From Candidatus Neptunichlamydia sp. (GTDB lineage: Bacteria; Chlamydiota; Chlamydiia; Chlamydiales; Simkaniaceae): a stretch of DNA of 64,000 nucleotides. The stretch lies in assembly GCA_965233865.1 (NCBI GenBank), contig OZ247587.1, positions 1,056,001 to 1,120,000 on the forward strand, written 5' to 3'. Shown one piece after another: positions 32,003 to 41,101 of the stretch. The position numbers and the translations under genes are program-made. The notes under the pieces are model-generated. The model did no database searches and was not told the DNA's origin. It was given only the letters and a program-made list of their open reading frames with translations. How positions within the stretch are numbered: the first letter of the stretch is position 1; each line of letters opens with the position of its first letter.

Positions 32003-32227
32003 GGTAGTGTTGCAGAAAGTGCATTCTCGATAAAAAAATCGTTTAAAACCTATGCTTGATCCTATCAAAATCAAAGTAGGAAGAAAAAGTGAATCATCAA
32101 CATCCGTTCAAATGGCGCCATTATTCAACAGAAATCATATGGCTTTGCGTTCGTAAGATATTTATTGAAGACCTTTTCGAGGTCAGAGGCTTAGCTGCCT
32201 AGCAAAGAAAGCTCCGGAAAAACGGAA
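32003..32227 (+). mobile_element. Mini-IS6 (internally deleted), copy 1, right TIR lost
   Basis: Left TIR GGTAGTGTTGCAGAAA; mini-ORF 32089-32202 VNHQHPFKWRHYSTEIIWLCVR|KIFIEDLFEVRGLAA* joins IS6 transposase N- and C-termini. Confidence 0.85.
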
Positions 32228-32229
32228 GC

Positions 32230-32409
32230 TCTTGCATTGTTTTTGTTTTCCTCTTTACTTTTTCTACTTATGCCATCTCCAGGGCGTTGTGGATACTTGG
32301 GCTAAAAAGGAAAGTACAAATCTTTGGTAAGTTATGGGGAGCAGTTTCCCTTTTAATAGGTGGTATAGGTTCGGCGATTGGTTTAGCTATTTTGTCTAGA
32401 TTATTTTGA
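32230..32409 (+). pseudogene. 3' fragment of a membrane-protein gene truncated at mini-IS6 copy 1
   Basis: Open hydrophobic frame SCIVFVFLFTF...GAVSLLIGGIGSAIGLAILSRLF* with no start, ending at the cargo gene RBS. Confidence 0.55.
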
Positions 32410-32420
32410 TGGGAGTTAGC

Positions 32421-33116
32421 ATGAAATTCTTGGCGATATTTTTTCTTTTTTTAATTGGGTTCATTTCCCCTTTATCTTCAATCAATGCCCGAATTATCGC
32501 CCAAGAAACAACAGAAAAAAATTTGTGTCACAAGGTTTTAGATTGCCTTACTTTTGTTGATGGAAGCTTTCCCCTTGAAGAGGCTGTTGATAATTTATAT
32601 AAAGCTCGAAGATTACTCGTGGAGCAAGGATGCAACGTCCCTCTTCTTTCTGTAGTTTTCGAGAAAACTTTTGAAGATACAGAGAACCAAGGAATCTCCT
32701 TAGACAGAAATTTTGCTGAAGATTTATATGAATTGGTTTTGCTAAAAGAAAACGATGAAATCAGGAACACCTCTTTTTATTCCCACTCTCAATACCGTCC
32801 TAAAATAATCCAAGTTAAAAAAAAGAAAAATAAAAAAGAGATCCAAGTTCCCGGTGGGGTAGCCATAGAATTCTGCAAAGCATCGGCTGGTGGATTACTG
32901 TGTATAATCCCAAGTGGAATTACGCAGACGCTTGGGACAAGACTGATTTTATCAGGAGTCAATGACATGATACAGCATGCAAACAACCTTATCAATGGTG
33001 GATCGGGAGGCAGTTGGGAAGATGACCTAAATCATAGGCAAAGGATGGGAGCTGAAAATGCATCGTGGGCCCCTTTAAACCGAGCAAGACCTTTCCATGG
33101 CATTATTAGTGCATAG
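32421..33116 (+). CDS. Secreted hypothetical protein (cargo between the mini-IS6 copies)
   Basis: RBS GGGAG, signal peptide MKFLAIFFLFLIGFISPLSSINA, KKKKNKKE tract then Gly-rich hydrophobic segment. Confidence 0.75.
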   Translation: MKFLAIFFLFLIGFISPLSSINARIIAQETTEKNLCHKVLDCLTFVDGSFPLEEAVDNLYKARRLLVEQGCNVPLLSVVFEKTFEDTENQGISLDRNFAEDLYELVLLKENDEIRNTSFYSHSQYRPKIIQVKKKKNKKEIQVPGGVAIEFCKASAGGLLCIIPSGITQTLGTRLILSGVNDMIQHANNLINGGSGGSWEDDLNHRQRMGAENASWAPLNRARPFHGIISA

Positions 33117-33153
33117 TTTTCAATATGAGAAACAGCTTATACATTCTCTTAAA

Positions 33154-33414
33154 GATAATGTTGCAAAAAATGCATTCTCAATAAAAAATCGTTTAAAACC
33201 TATGCTTGATTCTATCAAAATCAAAGTAGGAAGAAAAAGTGAATCATCAACATCCGTTCAAATGGCGCCATTATTCAACAGAAATCATATGGCTTTGCGT
33301 TCGTAAGATATTTATTGAAGACCTTTTCGAGGTCAGAGGCTTAGCTGCCTAGCAAAGAAAGCTCCGGAAAAACGGAATCTCCTACTCGGGGATCAAGGGT
33401 TTTGCAACACTCTC
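33154..33414 (+). mobile_element. Mini-IS6 (internally deleted), copy 2, both TIRs present
   Basis: About 224 bp near-identical to copy 1; left TIR GATAATGTTGCAAAA, right TIR TTTTGCAACACTCTC; same 37-aa mini-ORF at 33239-33352. Confidence 0.88.
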
Positions 33415-33426
33415 AACTTTTTTTGT

Positions 33427-34164
33427 TTAGAAAGCAAGCTGCGAAGAGATGCGATTCATCGCGCGTGCAAGATCTTCAGGAATATCGATTCCAAGAGATT
33501 CATGAACTGTCTCATGTACCTGAATATTCATTCCATTTTCGAGAAAGCGGAGCTGCTCAAGTCCTTCAGCTCGTTCTAAGAGACTAGGAGAGAGTGTGGA
33601 TATTTGTTTTAAGGCATCAGCGGTGTAAGCATAGATCCCCATGTGTTTGTAATAAGTGACATCTTCAAGACCATCTCTGTCATAAGGAATGGGTGAGCGG
33701 GAAAAGTAGAGAGCACGGTCTTGAGAATCGGTCACAACTTTCACCACATTGGGATCCTCAATATCTTCTTCTCTCTCAATTTCTTTTCTTAAAGACCAAA
33801 TGTCATATGTCTTGTTGATTGTTTGTAAAAGGTTTTCTACCATTTCTTGGTGGATAAAGGGTTCATCACCCTGCCAGTTGACCCAAATATCCCCTTGCAT
33901 TTTCTCTTCAGATTGAAGTTCAATAAGACGATCGGTTCCTGAGGGGCAATCAGGAGAAGTCATAAAATATTTTCCCTCGAAGGAGTCAATCAGGCGTGCT
34001 GTTTCAGAATCATCAATTGCAAATGCAACATCATCGAATAGATCAACGCTGCTAGCCGCTTCCCATACCCATTGAAGCATCGGTTTTTCGCCTAACATCG
34101 CAAGCACTTTCTTAGGGAACCGACTTGAAGCAAGTCTTGCTGGGATTACGCATACAATTTTCAC
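33427..34164 (-). CDS. kdsB: 3-deoxy-manno-octulosonate cytidylyltransferase
   Basis: IPARLASSRFPKK, SGTDR, NWQGDEP, ALYFSRSPIP, LEQLRFLE. Confidence 0.97.
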   Translation of the reverse strand: MKIVCVIPARLASSRFPKKVLAMLGEKPMLQWVWEAASSVDLFDDVAFAIDDSETARLIDSFEGKYFMTSPDCPSGTDRLIELQSEEKMQGDIWVNWQGDEPFIHQEMVENLLQTINKTYDIWSLRKEIEREEDIEDPNVVKVVTDSQDRALYFSRSPIPYDRDGLEDVTYYKHMGIYAYTADALKQISTLSPSLLERAEGLEQLRFLENGMNIQVHETVHESLGIDIPEDLARAMNRISSQLAF

Positions 34165-35147
34165 ACCAGTACTCCTGGAAAAGTTTTAATAGTTTCTCTA
34201 AGCCCCGCTTGCAGAGTCCAAATGGGACGATAGCCTAGTTGCTCGATTTTAGCACCATCCATTGCATACCTAAAATCATGCCCAAGGCGATCTGGAACAT
34301 AGGTAATAAGTTTGTCAAGCCCCGTTTCTCCGGTCATCTCTTCAATAACCTTTAAAATCAACTGAAGAAGATCTAGATTTTTCATTTCATTCCCTCCTCC
34401 AATATTGTAGACCTCACCCTTTTTTCCCTGACTAAGGATGGTCCAAACAGCGCGTGCATGGTCTTCAACATAGAGCCACTCCCTCACATTTTCTCCCGAT
34501 CCATAAACAGGAAGAGGCTTTCCCTCTAGTGCATTTTGGATCATAAGAGGAATAAACTTCTCAGGGTATTGACATGGACCATAATTGTTACTTGCGTGCG
34601 AAAGAGTTGTCGACAAGCCATACGTTGCCCCATATGCTCTCACAAAATGGTCCGAGCTTGCCTTTGAAGCTGAATAAGGCGAGTTAGGTTTATAGAAGGA
34701 TTCCTCTGTAAACCGTCCTTCTTTTCCAAGAGCTCCATAGACTTCATCAGTAGAAATATGATGAATGTGAATCCTAGAATGGGCTTTAACAAACTCTAAA
34801 AGAACATGTGTTCCCATCACATTTGTTTCTAAAAATACCCCAGGATCTGTAATACTTCGATCCACATGAGTTTCAGCAGCAAAATGTACAATTAAATCAA
34901 TCGGGCGCTCTTCATGAATTTTCTCAAGAAGGCCTCGGTCCCGAATGTCTCCTTGATAGAAAGTATACCTCTCATCACTAGAGGCCGCTGCCACATTGCC
35001 TAGATTTCCCGCATAGGTTAAGAGGTCAAGGTTGGAAAGATGCCCAGAAAACCCCTCTTGTTTCAAAACGTAATGGATAAACGTCGACCCCATAAATCCC
35101 GCGCCCCCTGTAACAAGAATATGGGCGTTATTTAGTTTTAAATGCAT
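34161..35147 (-). CDS. rfbB: dTDP-glucose 4,6-dehydratase
   Basis: TGGAGFMG, FAAETHVDRSI, STDEVYG, YSASKA, NNYGP. Confidence 0.97.
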   Translation of the reverse strand: MHLKLNNAHILVTGGAGFMGSTFIHYVLKQEGFSGHLSNLDLLTYAGNLGNVAAASSDERYTFYQGDIRDRGLLEKIHEERPIDLIVHFAAETHVDRSITDPGVFLETNVMGTHVLLEFVKAHSRIHIHHISTDEVYGALGKEGRFTEESFYKPNSPYSASKASSDHFVRAYGATYGLSTTLSHASNNYGPCQYPEKFIPLMIQNALEGKPLPVYGSGENVREWLYVEDHARAVWTILSQGKKGEVYNIGGGNEMKNLDLLQLILKVIEEMTGETGLDKLITYVPDRLGHDFRYAMDGAKIEQLGYRPIWTLQAGLRETIKTFPGVLV

Positions 35148-35976
35148 GACGAATCACCTCTTCAAGCCCTTCTTCCCAATGGCGAGGAGAAAAGTTCTCA
35201 GTTTTCAAAATCGAAGACGCTGGACGTTCTGCTTTCGCACCAAAGTCCTTAGTCGAAATAGGATTGACCTGTTGGCACTTGAGAGAAACATTGTTCTCTT
35301 CAAGACTCTTTTTAATGGCCTCAGCAAATCCATGCCAAGTGGTTTCCTCTGCATTAGCAAAGTGGTAGGTTCCTGAAGCATCTAAAAGTGTGAGGGTAGC
35401 TTCTGCTAAATCATCTGCATAGGTAGGGCGGCCCCACTGATCGTTGACCACTCCAATCATTTCCTTTTCTTGCATCAAACGGACCATCGTTTTAACAAAG
35501 TGATTCCCTTCTTTTCCAAAAAGCCAAGATGTGCGAATCAAGCAGGCTTCTGGGTGATGTTTTTTAAGCAATTTTTCACCAGCTTCCTTACTTTTTCCAT
35601 AAATTGATAATGGGGCTGTGATTGCTTCTTCCCTGTACCCCTTCTCCTTTCCATCAAAGACATAGTCAGTAGAAAAATGAATCAGTTTTTTCCCATAAGA
35701 GTTTGCGTGTTTTGCAAGTGTTTCAACCGCCTGGGCATTAAGAGCATGGGCTTTTTCTTCTTCCTCTTCGGCCTGGTCAACAGCAGTATAGGCAGCGCAA
35801 TTAATCACATGGGTAAACGATAAGGTTTCAAATTGCGCTTGAATCGCTTCTTCTCGATGAAGATCAACTTCTCTGCGCGAAGTTGCGACAAAGTCAATCC
35901 CTTTTTCCTCGCACTTTCGTTGCATTGCGCTCGAAAGAATCCCTTGTTTTCCTAGTATCCACAATTTCATGACCAT
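35128..35976 (-). CDS. rfbD: dTDP-4-dehydrorhamnose reductase
   Basis: NCAAYTAVD, STDYVFDG, YGKSKEAGE. Confidence 0.96.
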   Translation of the reverse strand: MVMKLWILGKQGILSSAMQRKCEEKGIDFVATSRREVDLHREEAIQAQFETLSFTHVINCAAYTAVDQAEEEEEKAHALNAQAVETLAKHANSYGKKLIHFSTDYVFDGKEKGYREEAITAPLSIYGKSKEAGEKLLKKHHPEACLIRTSWLFGKEGNHFVKTMVRLMQEKEMIGVVNDQWGRPTYADDLAEATLTLLDASGTYHFANAEETTWHGFAEAIKKSLEENNVSLKCQQVNPISTKDFGAKAERPASSILKTENFSPRHWEEGLEEVIRHAFKTK

Positions 35977-36503
35977 CTCAATTCGTAAAAATAGGGGCTT
36001 TTTTGATCTCTTTTAGAAACAATAGGCGTTTGGATGGGCCATTTAATTTCTACTTCGGGATCGTCAAATCGAAAGCCCATTTCTGTTTTGCCATTATAGG
36101 GAGAACTTGTTTTATAAAGGACATGTGCATCAGGACTGACGACACAAAATCCATGGGCAAATCCTACGGGAGCAAAGAGCTGTTTATGCGACTGATCATC
36201 AAGATACACTCCTTCCCACTTCCCAAATGTTGGAGAGTCTGGGCGGATATCGACAATCACATCATAGATTCTCCCTACTGCAACCCGTACAAGTTTAGCC
36301 TGCCCTGGAGCAGATTGGAAGTGCATTCCCCGGATTGCCCCTTTTTTAGAATAGGAATGATTATCTTGAACAAAGGGGCAATCAATCCCCCCTTCCAGGT
36401 AACGTTCCACTTGATAGCTTTCAAAGAAAAAACCTCTTTCGTCTTCGAAAACATTGGGGGAAATGACTCTCGCACCCTTTAATTGTAATTCTTGTATTTC
36501 CAT
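35967..36503 (-). CDS. rfbC: dTDP-4-dehydrorhamnose 3,5-epimerase
   Basis: DERGFF, FVQDNHS, RGMHFQ, GFAHGF. Confidence 0.97.
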   Translation of the reverse strand: MEIQELQLKGARVISPNVFEDERGFFFESYQVERYLEGGIDCPFVQDNHSYSKKGAIRGMHFQSAPGQAKLVRVAVGRIYDVIVDIRPDSPTFGKWEGVYLDDQSHKQLFAPVGFAHGFCVVSPDAHVLYKTSSPYNGKTEMGFRFDDPEVEIKWPIQTPIVSKRDQKSPYFYELRWS

Positions 36504-36761
36504 TGCCCACGATTATAACGTTTATTGCACTAATTTGACAATGCTACGACCATTGCGTAATTGTGACTCCTTTTTCGATTCCTAAAGCATTTAGTGCTTT
36601 TTTCGGATGGGACGCATTACCTCTTTCTCATAGGGGAAAATCCCAGAAAACAGCATGAAAAATTTCTGTAAATTGAGAGGGAATCTCAACTTCAAACCAT
36701 GTAAAGGTATTTTTCTTTTTTTTCTGCGCCAGTTATGCTATCCAGAAATCAAGGAAATATT

Positions 36762-37319
36762 ATGAAACGTATATTAATCTCTCTATTTCTTTTCTCTCAA
36801 ATTGCATTATCCGCAAAGACCACAATTTGGCTAACAGGATTGCCATGCAGTGGGAAAACAACTATTGCAAACTATATTCACAAACAAATCCCCAATAGCG
36901 TCATTTTAGATGGGGATGTTGTCCGCAAGGGCCTTAATAGTGATCTAGGCTTTACTCCAAATGATCGAAAAGAAAACCTGCGCCGCATTTCTGAAATGGC
37001 AAAAATCATTTTAGATTCCGTCCCCGTTGTCATTATCTCCGTGGTAAGCCCAAGACAAGAGATGCGAGACAGTGCGCGGGAGATGATCGAGAGGGGCACG
37101 GTCTAATTTTATGAAGTATTCGTCGATGCACCACTTGAAACATGTATCAATCGAGATGTGAAAGGAATGTATAAAAAGGCTCTCACAGGGGAAATTCCCT
37201 TTTTCACTGGGGTTGGAGCTTCATACGGAGCTCCAAAAAATCCTGATATTATCTGCCGTACTTCTGAAGAAACACTTGAGCAAAGCGTAAGCAAAATATT
37301 AAAGGTAATCTGTGACTAA
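36762..37319 (+). pseudogene. cysC: Adenylyl-sulfate (APS) kinase with a signal-peptide-like N-terminus and one in-frame TAA at 37104
   Basis: IWLTGLPCSGKT, LDGDVVR, DLGF...DRKENLRR; the same frame continues after the stop as FYEVFVDAPLETCINRDVKGMYKKA...FTG..ASY..PKNPD to TAA 37317-37319. Confidence 0.88.
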
Positions 37320-37475
37320 TGCCCTTGAGTATGGAGCGATTAGCCTTAAAGACGCTCTTCAGAGCTCTCCAGAAGCCTCCATTCGTCTCACAACAATTAT
37401 GAACCTATCCGTAAATGCAAACATCTTTTAAAAATCGCATAAAAATTAAGAATATTATAATTCACGGATAAATTC

Positions 37476-38351
37476 ATGAGCTATTTCACTTTTATTCATC
37501 ACCCGATCGCTTCTCTAGCCTTTGCCTCGCTCATCCTTGCCTTTATTAGTTTGTGGATTCATCGAAAGCCGTGGCTTTGGGGATCTTTTCTATCCGTGGC
37601 TTTTATCTTTGCCTTTTTAGGAAAGCTCATCGACCTTAAAATTTTCGTTGCTTTAGGACTTTTGGGAGGAGCTCACTTGGCTTTGACTGCAAAACTTAGA
37701 GGTATTGGACGCCTAGTTGTGATTGCCATTGCCTTTATTATTTCGATCGCCCTCATGGGCCACTTTTTCCCTGGATTCCACAATTGGAAACTCGGAGAAA
37801 ATCTTCAGATTAGTAAAGATGCCTACCCTTACTCCCTCTACCTCAATTTCGATAAGCCCTTTATTGGATTTTTTTTCCTTGCGATTTCGATCCCTCTCCT
37901 CTCCCGCATCCACCTTCGCAGCGTCATCTTAAAAACCATCGCCTTAACAGCTCTTGGTGTGATTATCCTGATAATCCTTACTCTCTACCTCCACTTCATA
38001 AAAGTTGACCTAAAACTTCCTCATATCTCAGCCATTTGGCTGATTGCAAACCTCTTCTTTGTCACAATTCCAGAAGAAGCATTCTTTCGAGGATTCCTGC
38101 AACGTGAAGTCGATGAGTATCTCAACGCAAAATGGTCGGGAGCTTTTAGCATCATTGTCGTTTCCCTTCTTTTTGCTCTCCTCCACTTCACGCTTGTGCG
38201 CGACCTCAGCTATCTTTCTCTCACCTTCATCGCCAGCCTTATTTATGGAAGTGTTTACCAAGCCACACGCTCCATTGAAAGCAGCATCTTCTGCCACTAC
38301 CTATTCAATGTCGTGCATTTCTTTTTCTTTACCTATCCCGCACTTAGATGA
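37476..38351 (+). CDS. CPBP/Abi (CAAX protease-like) intramembrane metalloprotease
   Basis: PEEAFFRG, FALLH, HYLFN motifs; polytopic membrane protein. Confidence 0.92.
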   Translation: MSYFTFIHHPIASLAFASLILAFISLWIHRKPWLWGSFLSVAFIFAFLGKLIDLKIFVALGLLGGAHLALTAKLRGIGRLVVIAIAFIISIALMGHFFPGFHNWKLGENLQISKDAYPYSLYLNFDKPFIGFFFLAISIPLLSRIHLRSVILKTIALTALGVIILIILTLYLHFIKVDLKLPHISAIWLIANLFFVTIPEEAFFRGFLQREVDEYLNAKWSGAFSIIVVSLLFALLHFTLVRDLSYLSLTFIASLIYGSVYQATRSIESSIFCHYLFNVVHFFFFTYPALR

Positions 38352-38495
38352 ACAATGATAGCTTTCAAAGGCTGGAAATCGCCTATTTTGGAGCCCAAAT
38401 ATTTTTGCCAAAAAAAGAAAAAAAACGCTCAGGGGTTGTTTTTTCATTTCTGGCCTTGCATAATCCTCCCGATATCGGAATAGGAGGAATAGCAG

Positions 38496-38635
38496 CCTGG
38501 GTTTTGAGTTTATTTCGCTCATTCTCAGGGATCTTTTGCTTTCTTTCCCATCTTTTTGGCTTGAAAAGGGGCAGTTGGCCTTTCCCTGCGTCAAAATAAG
38601 GGAGACTTTAAGCAAAAATAAACTCAAAACTCAGG
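38496..38635. mobile_element. Putative 140-bp MITE with 20-bp TIRs
   Basis: CCTGGGTTTTGAGTTTATTT ... AAATAAACTCAAAACTCAGG, inverted match 19/20. Confidence 0.6.
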
Positions 38636-38645
38636 TTAGTAGCAA

Positions 38646-39059
38646 ATGGAATTTATACAAGAAGAGGCAGGACCCGCACTTGAAAAAATCATCTTTGATG
38701 GGTTCAAAGAGCACGCGATAGAAGAAACAGGCCAAGATGGCTTTGGAAAAGCTATAGCTTTTGCTGCGCTTGATCAAGGGGAGTATGCTGGGGCGGTTGT
38801 TATTCGGGCTTTTTGGGGAGCTCTTCATATTAAAAACATGTGGGTTCACAAAGACAGTCGAGGAAAAGGAGTGGGAAGGCATCTACTAAATCAAGCTATC
38901 ATATATGGAAAAAAAGAAAAACATCCATTTGCTTTTGTCGAAACAATGAGTTTTCAAGCGCTTGAGTTCTACCAAAAAATGGGGTTTGTTCTTGAATACA
39001 CAAGAGATGGGTATGTGCAGGATATTTCCTTTCATTACTTGCGGAAGGATTTGATTTAG
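38646..39059 (+). CDS. GNAT family N-acetyltransferase
   Basis: MWVHKDSRGKGVG (motif A), ETMSFQALEFYQKMGF. Confidence 0.92.
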   Translation: MEFIQEEAGPALEKIIFDGFKEHAIEETGQDGFGKAIAFAALDQGEYAGAVVIRAFWGALHIKNMWVHKDSRGKGVGRHLLNQAIIYGKKEKHPFAFVETMSFQALEFYQKMGFVLEYTRDGYVQDISFHYLRKDLI

Positions 39060-39346
39060 GGGCTTTAAAAGATTAAATTGTCAACATTGGTAGGAATGTA
39101 TTGACAGCGATTCCATCGCGGCCTACAAGTCGCAATCGGGAGCCTCTTGTTGCGACTTTTGTAAAGGATCCTGAAAAAACTGTGAAGGAAAAACTCCTTA
39201 AGGGGATAGACTATCAAGTGGAAGCTTTAGAGAGCAATCAATCTAAAAATGGATAAGAGGAATAAATGACTTCGGATAGGGAGATACTGTTATTTTTGAG
39301 AAGGTCTTTGGAACCACCAAGTTCTGATCAGTTGGTGTTTGCTTAG

Positions 39347-39826
39347 ATGGAAACCTCGAAGCGGATTTTTTTGAACAGGTGGTTTTTAGCGATGATATTC
39401 ATTGGAGTAATCGCTCTATCTTCTTCTATATCAGCGGTGCATCTATTTCATTTGAAACCTTGTATCATGTGCAAGCTTCAGAGAATCCCTTTTGCTCTTT
39501 TGATTGTGAATTCTGGATTTGGACTCCTGAGCTCTTACAAACAAGGTTTTTTTAGAGTGACGCAGGTGTGTTTGACTTTGGGAATTGTCCTTGGTCTGGG
39601 ACATTTTTTGATGCAGATAGGTGCTCTTCCAGATTTTTGTACATCAAAGCGGGGATTTGATACGGCTCAGGAATTTTCAAGGATACTAAAAACCTCAAAA
39701 TGTTCTGATATAGCTTGGTCTGTTTTTGGTGTGCCGGTTTCTCTATTGAATGCAACACTTCATGCTGTAGCTTTAGGAATGGGGTACCGCTTCAGCTTAA
39801 AGAAAAGTCTGATAGGAGTAGGTTGA
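39347..39826 (+). CDS. Disulfide bond formation protein B family
   Basis: PCIMCKLQR (CxxC), TM helices, second Cys pair ...C...KCSDIAWSVFG. Confidence 0.8.
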   Translation: METSKRIFLNRWFLAMIFIGVIALSSSISAVHLFHLKPCIMCKLQRIPFALLIVNSGFGLLSSYKQGFFRVTQVCLTLGIVLGLGHFLMQIGALPDFCTSKRGFDTAQEFSRILKTSKCSDIAWSVFGVPVSLLNATLHAVALGMGYRFSLKKSLIGVG

Positions 39827-39845
39827 CAGAAACGCAAGTGTTTGT

Positions 39846-39942
39846 TATAGATAAAGTGAGTTGTTTTAGTTATGCTAACTATGGAATAGATAGTATTTTC
39901 AGGGAGTACTAAAAATAACTAATTTAAGTCACTTTAGCTATA
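39846..39942 (+). mobile_element. 97-bp IS630-derived MITE
   Basis: 29-bp TIRs (23/29 match) at 39846-39874 and 39914-39942, TATAG ends; interior encodes a transposase-tail-like YGIDSIFREY*. Confidence 0.75.
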
Positions 39943-40168
39943 CAACATCGCCCTATGCCCTTTTGTGGCGGGCTCTTTGTTTGAGAAAGGCTTAGAAGAG
40001 AGGAGGTTTATTGTCTTCAGCAAAAATAATAAAAGACTACCCTACCGATCCCCTTCCACTGGGTGTATGTTTGTGTGACTGAGCCTTCTTGTATTAGAAC
40101 ACCTCGTACTGCATTCTCTTTCCTTTTTTTAACGGTCCCCATCATTTACGATCTTGTAACTTCCCCTA

Positions 40169-41012
40169 GATAGGGTAGACACAAGTTTAAATTTGCGCTA
40201 AGCTGGTTTCTTAAACTTTTAAGGAGAGGTTTAGAGATGACCGTATCAGCGCACAGACGTCACGATATTTCAGATCGAATTTGGAAAAAACTTGAGCCTT
40301 ATTTTCCATGAAGAAGAGGGATGTGTGGAGGGGTAGCACAAGATAATCGGCGATTTATCAACGCGGTTTTTTGGATTATTCGTACCAGAGCTCCATGGCG
40401 TGATTTACCTCCAGACTATGGGAACTGGGGAAATGTGCATCGTCGTTTTATCTGTTGGAGGAATAAAGGCGTCTGGGAACTTCTTCTGGAAAAAGTGGTG
40501 GACGATCTTGATTACGAGTGGTTAATGATCGATGCAACCCATATCAAAGTTCACCCTCACGCAGCAGGTGCACAAGTTGGTAATCAAGATATGGCTCGGA
40601 CAAAAGGGGGCTCAACACGAAATTACATTTGGCCGTGGATTCGCATGGTATGCCGGTCAGAGCGATTATTACGTCAGGTACTCAATCAGACTACCTTTAG
40701 GCCAAACACCTAATAGAGGGAATTAACGCCGATTACCTACTAGCAGATCGGGGTTATGACAGCGATGCAATCGTAACTCAAGCGATCTCTCAAAGAATGA
40801 AGGCGGTTATCCCTCTCAGAAAAAATAGGAAAAGCAAGAGAGCTTATGATAAGCATCTCTATAAATTGAGACATCTTGTAGAAAATGCTTTTTTACATTT
40901 GAAGCGATGGAGAAGAATTGCTACACGCTATGCTAAGCACACATCCTCTTTCTTGGCTGCGGTTCAGATCAGATGTTTGGCTTATTGGTAGAAATCTCGT
41001 GACTACACTATC
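40169..41012 (+). mobile_element. Full-length inactivated IS5-family (IS427 group) element
   Basis: TIRs GATAGGGTAGACAC / GTGACTACACTATC with TA duplication in CTAG context; transposase from ATG 40237 has TGA at 40309, slippery AAAAGGGGG near 40602 and a second stop in orfB; motifs WRDLP, IDAT, ADRGYD, RHLVENAF. Confidence 0.92.
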
Positions 41013-41101
41013 TAGACAAAAAAAAATTTGATTAGAGAAGCATAGACTTTATTTTATATTTTTTAATTTTAGCCTCAACACCTCAAAACAGGAGAGACAT
41101 C

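Noticed and set aside
33097..33306. 69-aa ORF overlapping mini-IS6 copy 2
   Set aside because: Off-frame reading of the repeat; the IS6-like peptide lies in another frame
37104..37106. Stop-codon recoding as an explanation for the in-frame stops
   Set aside because: TAA, TAG and TGA all end conserved genes normally in this window; the internal stops fit ordinary nonsense mutations
38301..38721. Short overlapping ORFs between the CPBP and GNAT genes
   Set aside because: No motifs, and they overlap the inverted-repeat element; probably spurious
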